Positions 1 to 19,821 of a stretch of DNA of 64,000 bases are shown piece after piece. The notes under the pieces were generated by a model. That model ran no database searches, was not told the origin of the DNA, and saw only the letters and a list, made by a program, of their open reading frames with translations. Source of the stretch: Ptychomitrium polyphyllum (Eukaryota); contig OZ316775.1 in the NCBI GenBank assembly GCA_973851085.1, positions 13,578,001 through 13,642,000 on the forward strand, given 5' to 3'. Both the position numbers and the translations under genes were made by a program. Position 1 is the first letter of the stretch, and every line of letters begins with the position of its first letter.

Positions 1-186
1 CATCTCCACAACTTTAAACTCCAATAAAAGCACTGAATGTGTGCCGAAGTGCTCCTAAATTCCACTATGATACTTCTTGTGAGCACATTTTGCAGCTCCG
101 TTTGCTGTTTGGAAACGGCCCAGACTTCTGCTTCAATAATTCAATCATACTAAAGCCAGACTAATCAACGGTGACAAATTACTTCC

Positions 187-214
187 ACGAACGCCACGAA
201 CGCCACGAACGCCA
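187..214. repeat. 9-bp tandem repeat (CACGAACGC) x3 downstream of the CRK stop
   Basis: ccacgaacgccacgaacgccacgaacgcca read directly. Confidence 0.8.
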
Positions 215-372
215 TGAAGTTAACAGAAAAGTACGGATCGTTCACAAAGCTTAGGCAGAAGAGAAGCCTGTCACCTCAGAGAGTAAGCGAAGCAGCAAAT
301 GTAGTCAGAAGTACGTAACCACTTGAAAGAGAATAATGCTCCATGTTGCAGGTCGTACGGCACAAAGAATCA

Positions 373-4991
<4,619 letters not shown>

Positions 4992-7900
4992 TGCATCGGG
5001 CCTTCACTCCGGCAGCAAAACTCCTACTCCCTATCACCTCTCCCCTCACTTCCTGCTCCACATTCCCTCGTACTACTTCCGTCTAACACAACCGCGCTCG
5101 CAATGAACACCATCCCCTAGCACGGCGTTGCCTCCCCGCTACTCCCTCCCTCCACGCTTTCCCCGCTCTCATGCCTGCCTTTCTCTGCTGCCTTTGCTTT
5201 CCTCATGCCACCCCTCCGGCCCGGTCGCCGTCACGCTAGTGACACCGCGCCTCCGACAACCACAGAATCAGGCAATGAAGCTGCCTTTCCAGGAAGAAAA
5301 TGGCGATGGAGGGTCTCTCTCCTCCGACGCAGCAACGCTCCGAAAGCTTTGATGCCAAGTTTCTAGGTTTTGAAAACTTCCCCTTCTTCATGCGCTTCTT
5401 CATCCTCCCTTCATCCCACTTCTTCACCCTTCTTCGTTCTCTTCTTCTCCTTCTTCATCTATATCCTGTTTTTCATCTTCCTCGTCCTCTTCTTTGTCTA
5501 CCATGTAAAGGTAAAGCAGTCACTTTATACTAAAGTGGCATTTTCTACGAATTTTGCCAAAAAAAATTCAGATAATGTTGGCCCCTGGTAGATTATGTCG
5601 GCTTTCGGGTACCGTAACGGTTTTGATATGCATCTCCCGTTGCTTCGACCTTGTTCATCAGTTTCGTTCCTTTCGGTCCCCTGCGTTCATCCATGGGCTC
5701 CCCCCGCTATGAGGAGGCCGTTTAAATTTCATTTTCCTCTGCCCACGAAGTCGATGCTGCTTCCGTCAGTGGTTGTTTTTATTGCCTTCTCTTGACTTGT
5801 TCGTTCAGTAAAGTGCCTGCTTTGCTTCCATTAACTTAGCTGCAATCCCATGGGCTGCATTTATCTTGGGTCAATCAATGATGATTCGAAGGGGGGTGGA
5901 GGATTGAGGAGTTCTCTAAACTCTAATGGTGTGGTTATGTTGGTCAAGTAACCCTAATTAAGAGTGCTTGGCATTGTGGAAGTTTTGTTGCAATAAAGGG
6001 GTATGAATCTGATAGTTGCTTTCGGAGAATGTTCTGGTATGAAATGTGCATTGGAAGAGGTGAAAAGTGGGGAGATGTGCTGTGTGGTGGAAAGTTAATT
6101 GTGATGTGGTTATGTGGATTATGTCAACTACACTGTACTGTCTATCATTTGCAGTATGTGGTGGTTTCTAAATAGTTGACCAATATTGACACAAAACTGT
6201 AAGGAACACCCATTATGGTATGTTGTCCTCGAAAAGCACCAACTTACACAGCTATTTCTGGCAAGGCTATCTTAACAAAAGCATATAGGTATAGGAAAGG
6301 AGATATTATGATGAAGGTAAATTCTTCAATAATCTTATGCCAAGTGTTGGGATTACTATAAGTTCTTAAAGTATTTTGGAATCCAAAATTGAAATACAAC
6401 TTGTATCATAATTGTGATGCATGCTATAAATGTACTTTCATAACAATATCCTCAATCACCACTTATTTTTTGACATGTCATTGGTTGGTTTGTTTTGTCA
6501 ATTGTGCCTTAGAAATTGCACATTGTGAAGGCTTTGATCTTGCAAATAGGGTTTTTAAAAAAAACTATAATGCATGTATAGAGAATTGGTGTTTTAATGA
6601 CAATATACCACAGTAATAGCTATAGAGGATCATACCTTTTTTGGAATTGATACTAATGTGCAAATAAGCTTGCAAGAAGTATTAGTAAATGACAAAATAG
6701 AAAGCAATATATAAAAGCTTCAAAAATATGAATGAAGCCCCATTTGCATTAATTGTTCATGGTTATTTTTTTAAAACCAAAAATAATAATTTGATTGTTT
6801 TGGCTATTTTAAGAGTCATCATTCTTTTTTGTTTCAAAATATACTAAATTCACTCAAAATTTCATTTAACTTTTAAAACTATTTTTGAAATACAAAGAAG
6901 AAAGATAAATTTCTTTTTTTTTATATAATTTATATCTAAACATATAATAATTTATTAAATAATGATATACAATAACATCAGTATTAAAATTTATATATGA
7001 TTCAATAATAATACTATTATTAAATTAAACAATAAATAATGCAAAACTTCAAATTCAAATGGAATGTTTTAAATGAAGCATGTTTTTGCTTTTTCTTAAA
7101 TTTATAGCCATCAAATTTTAAATAGAAATATAAAAATATTTATTTAAAACAAATTCTAACTTCTACTATTATAATAATAATAAATTGAGAACAATTTACA
7201 TAAGTTAATAAAAATATTTCATTTATAACATTTAATTTAGATGCACCAATATTAATGAGCTTATATTTAATAACGTTATAATAATTATAAAATATAATCA
7301 TTTTTGAATTTATTCTAAAAGTATCTTTTTTATCAAAATAGATTTGGATTTTGAATTGCTAGAAATTATAAGTAAAAATAATTTTCACTATTTTTTAAGA
7401 AGTAATTATATGATTTAAAATGTGGAATGAATTTTTATTCATTAAAAAAATAATATATCAAAAATTTAAATACACAATAGTAATAAATGTCAAAAACACA
7501 TTTATATATAAATGTAAGATGGTTTTAAAAAGCTTATAAAATTATTTTATAACATTTATAAAATATAAATGAATATCCTTTTATTCATCTCATATTATGA
7601 TTTTTAATAGTACTTTATTATTAAATATTTAAAAAGATGACCTTCTTGGTACTTCTATTAAAATTTGTTAGTAGCTTTAAACATCACCTTTGGAATAATA
7701 GAAGAAATCTTCAACATAAAATTACTTTGAAAGAATCAAAGAAAGCTTTTATATTCATGATAAGAACTTCTTGCATTCCAAGTTAATATGTAGTTTATGA
7801 TGGTAACAATAAATGTCACTTTTTAAAATGAATTTTCAAGAAATATACAGTAAAAATTATAGAAATAAGGTACATGTAAAAATAATAACAAGATGATATG

Positions 7901-10646
7901 ATAAAAAATTAAAAAAATAAAAGGTTCATTAAATGGATAAAATTACATTGGATGTATTATTGTATTGTGTGTTAAATTATAGTGAACCATAATAATTTTG
8001 ATTAAAAACATAAATAATGAAATGAAAAAATTAAGATGACTGATTTGTTGTACATCTTTTAAAATTAAGATTCATACAAGATTATGTCATGTATAATTGC
8101 AATAGACATATTGATTAAATGCATTTTTAATATTTAAGAATTAAATATATTTTATTTTACAATTAAAATTCTTATTGTTAAATTTTATTTTTAGCATTTT
8201 TAAATTAAATTAAGAACGTACTAAATACAAGCCCTTTAGTACCAAATTTTCAAATGTTCTAAAATAATTTTGACTAGAAATAAAATAGAAAATGATCAAT
8301 TAAATCACATATCAAATTCAATTTTTTTTTATAAACAATTAATAGAAATATGAACATAATACATTTTTATAGCAATTTGTTAAAGCTATTATATAATCAA
8401 CATTTTGTTTGTTTGTTTGTTTGTTTTTTTTTTTCCAAAAATAAATCTACATTCTCATAATCTAATAACATATGTTTGACGCTATTAGAATATAGCATTT
8501 TGGATGTTCAATTTCATCTAACTCATTGAAAATTGCATGCACTTAAACATAGAAAAAAATTCCATATTTAGTCTTAAATATTTAAATTGAAAGTGTAAGA
8601 ATATACTATTTTTGAAGCATTTGTTTTAATTTCCACATATATTTTCATCAAAGTTCTAATTTTAATTCACAACTTAAAATTTCATGAAATAAACTTTTTA
8701 AAGCCTATATTTTGAATGATCATTATTTTAATTTGGTTTTTAAAGCCAATATTGCTTACATTACATGCTATATTGAAAATGTCATTAAAAATTCTCATTT
8801 GATCTTTATATATAATAAAGTTTTAATAATGGTTTGTTTTAAAGATTATTTTTGCATATCAAGTACACAACTAAGAAATGATTGGATTCTTTATTATATG
8901 ATGGTATATAATAAACTTGAAATTAATATTATAAATTTAAATTTCATACACCATATTCATTGCAAAAAATTAATACATCATCATTATAGTGATCCAAATT
9001 TATATTCTTTCCAATACTAGGAAAAATTAAAATTCATGTGTAAAATCTTTTGTATCTTTTATAATATGGTCAAAGCATAATAAAGTAAAAATTTGGTTTT
9101 TTTAATTTTTGAAACAATGGTATTTCATTAAGTTTAGCTCAATTTTATTTCATTTGTGATGATGTACTTGAAGTTTCACTAAAATTTCTTTAAAAAACAT
9201 ATATAGTTATTAATATGTGCAATTGAAAATATAGATTGTTACTTGCATATAAATAATTTAAGATATTATAAGTTTTGAAGGTATATAATTTATAATAATG
9301 CATCCATTTCATCAATATTTTATATTTATCAAATGAATCTATTTACATACATCATAATAAAGATTTTTTTGCTAGCTTGTAAATCATTTGAATATTAAAT
9401 TTATGGAGTCAAAAATCTAGATTGCATCAAGTAAGGTAAGTATATATTGCTTATCTTTTCTTATATTGTGTTTAAAAATATAAAAAATAAATTCAAATTT
9501 CTTTCATTTAACACTATTCAGTTTTGAAATGAAAAATACAAATATAATAATGTACTTCAATCCAATTATAGGCTTTGAAAAAACTTCAAATAAGGCACTT
9601 AATTATATTTCATGATTTGAACAATGTTTTCATGTTGTTAATGAAGTTGAAAAACTAAGAGACTACATTAGAATATGTTTAAGTCAGTTGTTTAACTTAC
9701 AAATTAAAAAAATAATTAATTTGATATAAGAATCTTCAAAGTCTCTGCCATATAAATGGCCAACCATGCTCTTTCTATTCAAATGGTAAAAATAATCTTC
9801 CAAATTCTGAGATCCTTTTTATGGTTTCACATGTAAAGATTTAGTATATACAAAAAGCGTTAGCTATGAAATAATGTTGATGATTTAAGAAATGCCTACA
9901 CAAATCATCATTGCAAACAAGACTAACACTTTCTATCCAAGTTTTAGAATTAAGGCAATGAAACGTAGATCATTGATAGTGAAACTTAGTTACAGGTATA
10001 ACAAAGAATTCTAATTTTTTTGCATATTCTAAAACTTAAGAGATGCATCGTTGTATCCACCAGTGCACTTAAAACGGGTAATACTTACAAACGACGTATA
10101 TCTTTGAGGATTCTCACCATTATTTCAGGGATGAATGATTTGATCTCCACGAAAATTCCACATGATAATTTTGAAAATCTGTAGACTGCTTTTGCAAAAT
10201 TAAAAAACTCAGAAGAACAAGATCCACAAAGCTGACACTCTAAGCTTAAGTAACACTAACTCTGAACTTAATGGATTTTGGGTATTTAAATATAAGCTTC
10301 TTGTAGACAACGTCGGTTTTGGATATGTATCTCTCACAAATATGGCTTCGTGGATGAAGTACCTTTGAAGAGACTCCAAGGAATGCATATGCAAAACCGT
10401 CACTACACCTAAAACCGATACCAATATCATCTACAGCTTTGTACTTCTAATTCTGTGGCATCTAGGCTGCTCATAGAAAATGGTGGTTTTGTGTACCCTT
10501 CCCTCACTTTCCCCTCCTCAATGGTTCATATCATTAATGGTTTCGATCTTCGCTAATTACAGCGGTGTACAAAGCATCAAAAGTCTAGAAAAATCGAAGA
10601 CTGAAAATTAGAGATTAGCCGGAAATGCACGCTACATTCTCTTCTG

Positions 10647-10655
10647 AAACCCTAA
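10647..10655 (+). promoter_or_regulatory. Telo-box upstream of the MIF-like gene
   Basis: AAACCCTAA about 360 bp upstream of the ATG at 11012. Confidence 0.4.
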
Positions 10656-11011
10656 GGGGCGAGTACTGAAAACCGTCAGTGCTTAGAACCGATAATGTCT
10701 ACAAGGGGCTTATACTCAGCGTTAATCAATCTAGAAATTGCGTTGATTTTGTCAATTTCCCCTCCTGCTTCCTTGTCGCTCAAAATGCTGGACGAAGTTA
10801 GGTGAGAAGCTCATCAGCTTTGTAGTCAACCTCGGTGTGCGCGATCTCGAGTAGCCATTGTTTTTATCTCTGCCGCGAGCGCTGCGGTTCATTTCGATTT
10901 CGTTTTCGCACGATCTGAAGACCTAGACTGTAAGTTTCTGAGAGAGCTTTAGAACGGCTTATTCCGAGGCGTAACGAGGACTTGGCTTTGATTCTTTTGA
11001 TTCTGAGCACA

Positions 11012-12539
11012 ATGCCGACGCTGAACATCCAGACCAACGTGCCGCTGGACGGTGTTGTGACTTCAGATATTCTCAAGGACGCCAGCAAAACTGTGGCTCG
11101 CATTCTTGGCAAGCCTGAGTCGGTATGTGCTGCGCACCGGGCGTGCGGTTCTGTTTTGGGAGAGTTTGAGCTCTGGAGTGTGTCTGTTGTGTGGTTTAGT
11201 GCTTCTCAGGCTGGGAGTAGTTTGAGGAATGCGTTAGGACTAAGCAATTGCTGTTGTGTTGAGGCATTTGTTGAGAGTTGTCGTATTTTAACTTTTTAGA
11301 GACATTTTATAGCTCTTTTCTGACACAAGTAGGAAATGTTCTGAAATATGAGTGGGAAAACTCGAAATCATGGGGTTTTAAGCGGAGGATGCAGTCTTAG
11401 GTGGCACTTTGCATTATTAGACAGTGTTCTTGCTGTAGCAGGTATCAGTAACTCTAATTACTGTCCTTCATTGTAGCACCTTTAAGAGTGGAAATTTTGG
11501 ACATGATGTTTTTGTTCCTGAGCCTCTCTTTTCTCGTTCCAGCGTGATACTAATGTGCTATTGCTCTTTTCTAATAGTGACTCTGGACAATGCGAAGAGA
11601 TTCTGTTGGTTAAATAGTGCAATTCTCTTAGTCATTTTTTAGTATTTAGTGTTTTCCGTTTGTGTCAGCCAGTGTTGAATAGAGTGTCTTTTGGCCTCGC
11701 TCTCAAGTAAGTTCAAAATTTGTTTACGTGATGGTGTGTTCATCCTTTGCAGCTCGGGTTCCTAGGGAATAGGCTTGAGGAGCACTACGTCAGTCCTTGA
11801 TGATTCCAGTGTGCACGTTAATATCAAGTTTGTAGGGTTTTCAAACTTCTCGTGCAAATTTTCTAATTAAGAGTTGTTGTTTTACTTTCAGTATGTCTTG
11901 ATATCTTTGCGTGGCGGCATTCCAATGAGCTTTGGAGGCAGTGAAGAGCCTGCTGCGTACGGGGAACTCATATCTATCGGTGGTGTTGGTCCTGCTACAA
12001 ATAAGGAGCTAAGTGCCGCTATTTCAGAGATTCTAGAGACCAAATTGTCTGTGCCACCAACGAGGTTTTACATCAAGTTCTTTGATATCAAGGTATGTAC
12101 CACGCCCTATCCCTTTTGAAGCTGATTCATTAAGTTCAAAGGGAGTGAATTTAATGTGAAAGGTCTTTAGAAATCATTAACCTACTGGCAACTTGGTGGT
12201 GTTCTCTTCTGGTCCTAGACGAGGCCTCTAGCTAGGTGCTCGCTACCACTGGAGAAGCCGCGCAGTAAATTTTTTCAAGGAGGACACTGAATTTACTTGA
12301 TACACCCTAGAAAGGAATATTTCAATCTGTTTCTGCATCTGCTTGTGACATGACGTGGGCAGGGTCTCCCTTGTTCTCAGAAATAGATATGTAAGTACTC
12401 CATGAATAGTGTTTGGAAGCCTTTCAAATCTTTGCAGAATAGCCGTACAATCAGGAATTATGGTTCAATGGTAATAGATGTTGACCTGTGGTGTGATCTG
12501 CAGAGGTCTGACATGGGCTGGAATGGCTCAACATTTTAG
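11012..12539 (+). CDS. MDL: Macrophage migration inhibitory factor / D-dopachrome tautomerase-like protein (MDL), 3 exons, 115 aa
   Basis: Exons 11012-11122, 11892-12092, 12504-12539 (348 nt, GT-AG). Protein MPTLNIQTNVP...LGKPES|YVLISL...MSFGGSEEPAAYGELISIGG...RFYIKFFDIK|RSDMGWNGSTF; N-terminal catalytic Pro and GWNGSTF terminus typical of MIF. Confidence 0.95.
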
Positions 12540-12986
12540 CTGCATCATCATCTTTTCACCTTCTATGACATTGGGCGAAACAACAGCAATGAAGATGGAG
12601 TTGCAGTTACATGGCCTAGTTCTAAGTTAACACAATGTTATTATTCCTGCCATCATTTTAGTTTCTGTGTGCTTCTGTACCAACAAAAACCAGCAAGAGT
12701 CAGGATTTTGCCATCTTGCATGTCATCTGTGTAATGGAGTTGATATATGCTCTTGTTCCTTCAGGGCATAGAAATAGGAAGCAGTGACAAGAAAAAGTAG
12801 ATGGACCATGGATTCTTGACTGTATACCAGATTACAGTAGTAATAAGATATCAAACAAAAACCGGTGGATTGTGCTTTGATGCTACATTTGTCCATTGGG
12901 CACTTTGTCCACTGCATTCTTCTATATGGAATATGTCTTCCTGTACATCTTATTGCACTTGTGATATTTCTTGCTTAAGCTGGATA

Positions 12987-13028
12987 TGGAACTAACCACA
13001 AGCTTTGGAACTAACCACAAGCTTTGGA
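12987..13028. repeat. 19-bp direct tandem duplication
   Basis: TGGAACTAACCACAAGCTT x2 followed by TGGA. Confidence 0.85.
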
Positions 13029-14589
13029 TCTAAAGTTTTATGACTTGATCAGCCCTGGGCAAGGCTCTGTATGTTTCAAGCCAATACATGTACCTTAACC
13101 ATGGCCTTACAGGTTTGTGAATTGATATGATTGGAGTGTGCTATCCTTGAAACTTTATCACCCATATTTTGGCCTTCAAGATGATCCCTGTTGCATCTAC
13201 GCATAACAAACAAAATGAAACAAATTAAAGTAACTTATGTGAAGTCTAGTTGCAGCTCCACTTTGGAATTCTATGAGCTTCCTAGTACAAATCAACCTTA
13301 GAAATCATCCCCTAAATGTCTTTTAAAAGTGACATGCTTTAAGAATATGTTCCCTGTAACCTCTGTTTCACGTGCACATGTCATGAATACGACGCTTAAA
13401 AGTACTAGTATACTCTCTCTCAATAATATACTGTGTGCTACTTTATCAAACCAAACCCAGAGAAGTGGCTTGAAGTACATCAAAGGTGCACTGTACCTAT
13501 ACCATTAAGTCCCTCTTTCACTCCTTGTGGTTTTATTATTATTTACAGATTCTTCAAAATGTGCAGTTTGTATAGAGTTCGAGGTTGGTGGTCACATCTT
13601 TCACTTTGCATTCATGCCACAAATCCTGAGCCAGGTCCTGTTTTCCACATATGCCTTGCAAAGTTGAAATTCAGGTGGCAGCTGGGGGGGTTGCTCAGGT
13701 GTGAAGTAGGTTCTGTGTTGGTTTCAAAAGGCTTTTAGTTTTATTTTTGAATTTTTAAGTATTTGTAGGGTGACCTGTACATGCACAAAAGGTACAGGTT
13801 TCCTTGTAGATTAAAGTTACAGTGTGTCCTGGAAAAGATGATATTCAATACTTGGTGTTCCATAACATCCTTTAGCTTCATGACCATGCACCACTGTGCA
13901 CCATGATCAGAAATACTATAATATTTTTAATGGTTGGGTATAATAAAGAAGTGGTGTAAAGTCCTTTGGCTAAAAAATGTCATGCCAATGAAACTTATTA
14001 CAAGAAGTCTTATTAATTAATGGTAATTGTACAATTACGTCAAGGAGTAGTACTAGCACAAATTATCAATTAATCTTGGAGAACCTTCTGTTGTGACTTC
14101 AAGTCAATGCTTGTGCCCACACCATATTGAAAGGAGGTTGTGATGTGAGGGGGGCAAGTACTTCACAAATGAAGAATGTTTTAGCATAGTTGGTCTACAA
14201 ATAAGGGAGTGTGGAAGGCCCTATTGACTGCACTACTGTAATTACAAAGCAAGTTCAAATATTTTATTAAGGCACCAAAAATAACAGTATTAAAAATTTG
14301 CCACTCATGTAATTAAACCAGATGATATCAACCCTAATTAGAATATTGTATGTAAGAGAGGGCTCCCATGTGTGAGTTGAACTCTTGAAAGTCAGCCTCC
14401 CAGCAACTGTGCCCACAACAGATGATATTAGGTGCCAACAAAGTGTGGTCAACAGGTTGTATCTGCTCACAAGATAAAGCAATGCAATCATTATACATTT
14501 TTGTATTTTCTACTATTTTGTCAAAATGGAGGATTGATTTCTAAATTCTTTGCTATATGATAAGAGGCTTGGTTTACATTTGAACATCA

Positions 14590-14770
14590 CATTCATTATA
14601 GTGGGAATTTTTTAAGTCTCAAAATAATCTCAAAAATGAAATAGATTTAAAAGAAGTTAAATTTGTTAAAAATGATTGTCATCCTTTTGAAGTTATATAG
14701 CAAGCTTCTTTGCCAATAGATGAGCCATAATAGCCAAAAGCAACTAAATTTGGAGTTAAATGGTTTATAT
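14590..14770 (+). mobile_element. Dispersed repeat: fragment of the pogo-like element at 27071-28316
   Basis: Aligns by eye with about 27353-27530; shared blocks include aaaataatctcaaa, tgaaatagatttaaaagaagt and tagccaaaagcaactaaattt. Confidence 0.7.
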
Positions 14771-17700
14771 GGTATGCAATTCATCTTGAATTGAGTTGAA
14801 TCTATACATACTATTTATAATCTCAAAATCATTGTTTTGTCCCATTATAATGAATACAATGTTTCAAGGAAATTTTGCTCAATTTGAGGTATCTCATGAA
14901 TTTTCTACATCAATTTTGGAACATTTAATAAATCAAAACATACTATTATAATCCTAAAATTATTGTTTTGTCCCATTATAATGAATATTGTAGTTTTACA
15001 ATATGCATCATATGCTCACCCTTGAAATACTCACCCCTTGTAATATATTGTACAGCCACAACTGTGATCTGGCTTTGAACAACTTCTATGTAGCAGGTTA
15101 CCATGCTCATGAGCACACCTCGTGCTGATTAGTTGAGGTCTATCCAGCAGCAGGATTTATTGTATACTGAACAAATTCCAGGGGTGATATAGGATTCTGG
15201 TTATATTTCTGAGTTAAAATTGTTACAATTGTAGGTTTGCAATTGGGATATCCACATAAATTTTTGCAAACAATTTGTGCAAACAAAATGCACAGCTGCA
15301 GGGAGTTGCCAACTTATCAAAGGCTTGTCACTAGGTACAGCACTGATTACAACTTTCATACAAGACTGGAATCAAGGGACTGAGTCCCCAGTCCCTACAT
15401 GATTGCAGCACTGAAGAATCACACCAGGAGAATCAGTGCCACATCCATATTATGATACAAAATCACTCAAAGTGCACAAATCATCCAGAAAGTAGTGACA
15501 GAATCCAGCCTTCACCCTTCCATGGTGATTTCAGTAGCACTTGAATCCTTTACAGTCCACACTGTAGCTCCAACTTACCTCTTCCTGTGCCGTACGTGCT
15601 ATGTACAAAAGTAGATTTCAAATCAAACCTTGTATGTAGTAAATGTCATACATTGGACCTACTATACTGTATTCAGGTTTGTGGAACTAAAGAAGGCTCA
15701 CAGGTGACAGGGAAAAGTGATTTTGTGTTCCTATTAAAATATCAAAATATCTAACTTGTGGCGTTGTGAGCCTCAAAAGGCCTTCAATACACTACTGACT
15801 CCTGAGAAGCCAGGGTGTAAAACTGCACTGACTACTTCAGGTCACATAATTTCTCATACCTGTCACAGGTAACAACCACAACCATTATGTTGACAGATAA
15901 AAATGGGGAGGAATGGTTCCAATGTTCCACTGTAAGTATTTCCAGTTCAGTAACTGTTTGGTGAAGTACAGGTAGAATAAAGGGGTGCACTGTGAGAAGA
16001 AGTTTTGATTGCAGAGCGGAGGTGAGATACTTGCTCAGCGCCCCTTTGAAGCAGACAGACAATGTGAATAAAGTAACATGATTTTGCTGACATCTTCTGA
16101 AGCTGGTGTGAATCAAGAGTCTTGTCAACAGAGCCACCTGTACTTCAACATAAATGGTATTATTAGGTAAATGGAGGCTAAATGATACTAAAGGCTATAA
16201 TATATGTAGTTGTTGAAAATTGAATTGTCTGGTCAGAAGAATACAAGAACATTGGTATTCTCATGTCACTTGAGTATGAACAGCATCAGGATTCCTGAAA
16301 GTAGATGATGTCTGCTGATCAAAGACCATGATCATGTAATTACTTTGGGAAGACATTAATACAATGTATTCATGTGAAGTCGTCCTAAACTAATGGACTA
16401 TCTTCAGAAACAATCTAAGTTTCATTGTTGGAATATGGGAGTTATCAATCCACTGCTTCGGATCCTCTAAATCATCAGTTCAAGATTGCCCACAACAGCA
16501 GTGAGAGATGAAGTATTTCACGACCATCCTGATTCCTCAAACTCCCACCTCTAGTTTCACATAATTTGAGATAAAAATCTGGCCTTGCAATCTCAGAGCC
16601 GCTGTCCTCAAGTTTGACAAGCTTTGTCCGCGAGGCGATCATTTCATTCATAACCAGAAATTTTACATTCAAAAAGCAATCTATTGAATTAAGAGCAGCC
16701 ACAAGCAGGGTCGGTTATTCAATGTAACCGTGCTCTTCATTGCCACCGGTTGGCTGTCACCTCTACCAAAATGAGATGCTTTGACGTGTGACCTTTGCAT
16801 CTCTGAATGGAAGGTTGATTAAACCTTTCTGAATAAAGATCATCAGAAGTGGAAACATCCTTTAATTTACGCGTACACTTCGCTCGTCAATGAATTCCTC
16901 GTCTCCACCTCTAATCGTAAACAAAAATCATTGAATTATGCAGATGGTTTGCTTGTTTTGCTTGTGATATCATTTGATACATTTGCAGTTACAGAGGAAG
17001 ACCAGTTAGTTCTTGAATTTGGAAGGATAGATTTGAGCACAAATATCTAAGATGGTTTCTTTTAAGCTCCACACATCACCATTTGTCTATTTTGGTGTCT
17101 CCTTATTTATACACCTCCGATCTCACCGGAGTTTAATTTGAATCAGGTCATGTTGGAAATTTCCTTGGAAATTTTGTAGCTACTTCGGCACATATAATAA
17201 TTAAGGGCACCATTCTTAAAGAATTCAATTTTCTGAACCAACAAGTGTTAACGAGACGTTTACGATTCACCAGCCGTGGAGTATGAATGAGAACTATCTA
17301 GATGTATGTCTACCTGGAGGTACACAATCGAAGTTTCAAAGTGAAGTTCACCTAATTCAGTTTGGGACTAAAAAGAGGTTGTATACGACAGAAACCTTAA
17401 CCATTGTGAATTTAAATGGTTAACTATATAAACCTGTTTTACATTTAGTAGTTTCGTACGTCTTAGCAACATGGGTGCACGCATGAATCGAAAGCCGTGC
17501 ATGGGTCTGTATGATTTTTCCAGCGAGGGTCATGACTAAACACAATTTTCACCTCAGTCATCGTCAATTTGGTACTTGTCCTTTTGAAAAGACATTTTTC
17601 CAGGTGATTATAACTGTGATGACCAACAACCTGTGGCGAGCATAATTCTGATGCATCTGAGGAGTCAAGAAAGGACACACATAACATTTCTTAAGCTTTT

Positions 17701-19821
17701 TGGACTAGATGTTTCTGATGGATGTCTGTGTTCCTTCTAGTGATGGTTGGATATGGACTCTGATGATTCTGTGAGGAACTTCGAATTCAGGATCATATGA
17801 TAGAAACGTTGAGCTGTGGCTGTCGCACATTTATAGCTAGTGGCAATTCATAGTTACAATTGGTTTTGATATTCACACAATCTCTTACTTTGAATCTCTG
17901 ATTACTTTGGGACAAATCACGACCTTACACTCTGTGGTATGAAGTTCCTTGCTCTAGATCGACATATTCGCATCTTCTAAGTACAATTGTAGCTGTTAGT
18001 TGAAGTTTGCAGGAATGGATTCCTTTCACTAACATGGCTGTCTAGCACTTTGAACTGGCCTCAGTTTGAATTCCACTGAGAGGAACACGTACAGGTTAGG
18101 ACCGGCAATCACGAACTCTAAACCCCACCCCTCCCTGCATATCAGTAGATAGCCAATCCAAATCTCACCTACTATTTGAACATATCCTTAAGAAAATCAG
18201 GAGGACTTCCTGCAGTGACGACATGAACAACTACTTAATCTTGCTAAATCCCCAAATGCAAACCCAAATCTCTTATGACTAATCGGATAAATGAACCACA
18301 AAGAGATTTGGTACTCACAATGTTTGAACTCTCAAGGAGAACTCATTCAAACCAACAGATACTATGCCATCTTGATGAGGCAATTGAGCTTGATTGATGA
18401 TGAAAATAAGGTTCCCGGTAAGATCTATTTTGTGCTATCTAGTACAACGGGTTTATAGTTGCATATTATCAACCTTCGGTTATTTTTCCGTTTATTTTCT
18501 TCTTCAAACCTCAGCTGATATCTTTACCCTGAATACACTGATTTAGTTCATTAACAAGCTCTTCTTGGTGCAAGGGTGTATTATCACGTCTGCGCTCATG
18601 GATTCAGCAGAGCAAGCCTCCATCTTCTGAAAGTTTCAGTTGATTCCTTGTACTGTAATATGCCATCTTTGAAGTTTCTATATTTTCTCCTAGTTCTAGA
18701 TATTTTCTTATATTCCTTACATTTTTATGTTTTTTAAAAAGAAAATCATGCGTTTTCAACTGGTTTTAGTTTCAACAATCTAACTTGAACAAAATTTAAT
18801 TGATCACTTCTCCATTTTTGTTGCAAAAATGCATCTTTTACTTAATTAATTTTTTCCAAAGGTAACAACTAGTTTTATGGTTCTTACATTAAAGTCTACC
18901 AAGGTCTTGAATCCATGAAGGATTCTTAAAAAGTCTATGGGTTATTTTTGGATTTTTGTTAAATTTAGATCATATGGCTCTAGATTATCTTAACAATTTA
19001 CTTTGGAAATTTTAATAGTTATTGGGAAATTTTCACTTTTTACAAGAGAACTTACTCAATTACAAAATAAGAATCCAAATATTATCAATATCTCTTATTT
19101 TAGTTAAAGATCTCAAAGATCTTTAAATTTATGGATTGTCAGTCATTTATCTTCTTTATATTATTCAATATATCTTCCATTTAGCTATTATCATTTGCTT
19201 ATTATACATAAAATCCATACGTTCCACAATTACACATCTTTATAATATTTTTAAGAAAATTAAGTGTAAATTTCATGAATTTTCTTTTTAAAATTGAAGA
19301 AATTCAATGAATATTGTCATTTCAAAGTGCACCCACCTCAAGCCATTTCAAACATTCAAAGATTAAGCCAGATTTCCATTCAAATTTCTCATAAAATGTG
19401 AGTTTTGCATAAACCCTTGTCATATAAAAACATCTTATTTTTGTGCATTTACAGTTACCAATGTATAAATATTATTAGAGATATTTGTTCATCTTACACC
19501 CACACTAATCTTGAGAAAGGAAGTTGCAAGCCAAGTGCAACCACAAGACAAGTGTCATCAACACCATCAGCTTTAGCAGCATCAAGCATAAGTTGAATAA
19601 GAAAAGGCAACCAAATTCGGCAGCTAATCTCACCAAAGGAAGTTGTCAAAACTCTTGGCGCTGTGGAGCACTCACTCTCTTGCTTCTACGACTCAGTAAG
19701 TTCCTCCGTTGTTAACGATAACAAAAGCGAGTGAGAAGCAGAATTCTGCTAAATCACTGCAGTTCTCTTGTCCTAACTCTTGATGGGCCTTCGGAGTTGC
19801 AGTTCCTAAACACTTCTCATT

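Noticed and set aside
17668..17738. Imperfect inverted repeat agaaaggacacac...tgtgttccttct
   Set aside because: The stem is short and interrupted, not miRNA-like.
18264..18310. 11-bp inverted repeat CCAAATCTCTT/AAGAGATTTGG
   Set aside because: No snoRNA C/D boxes or TSD; plausible by chance.
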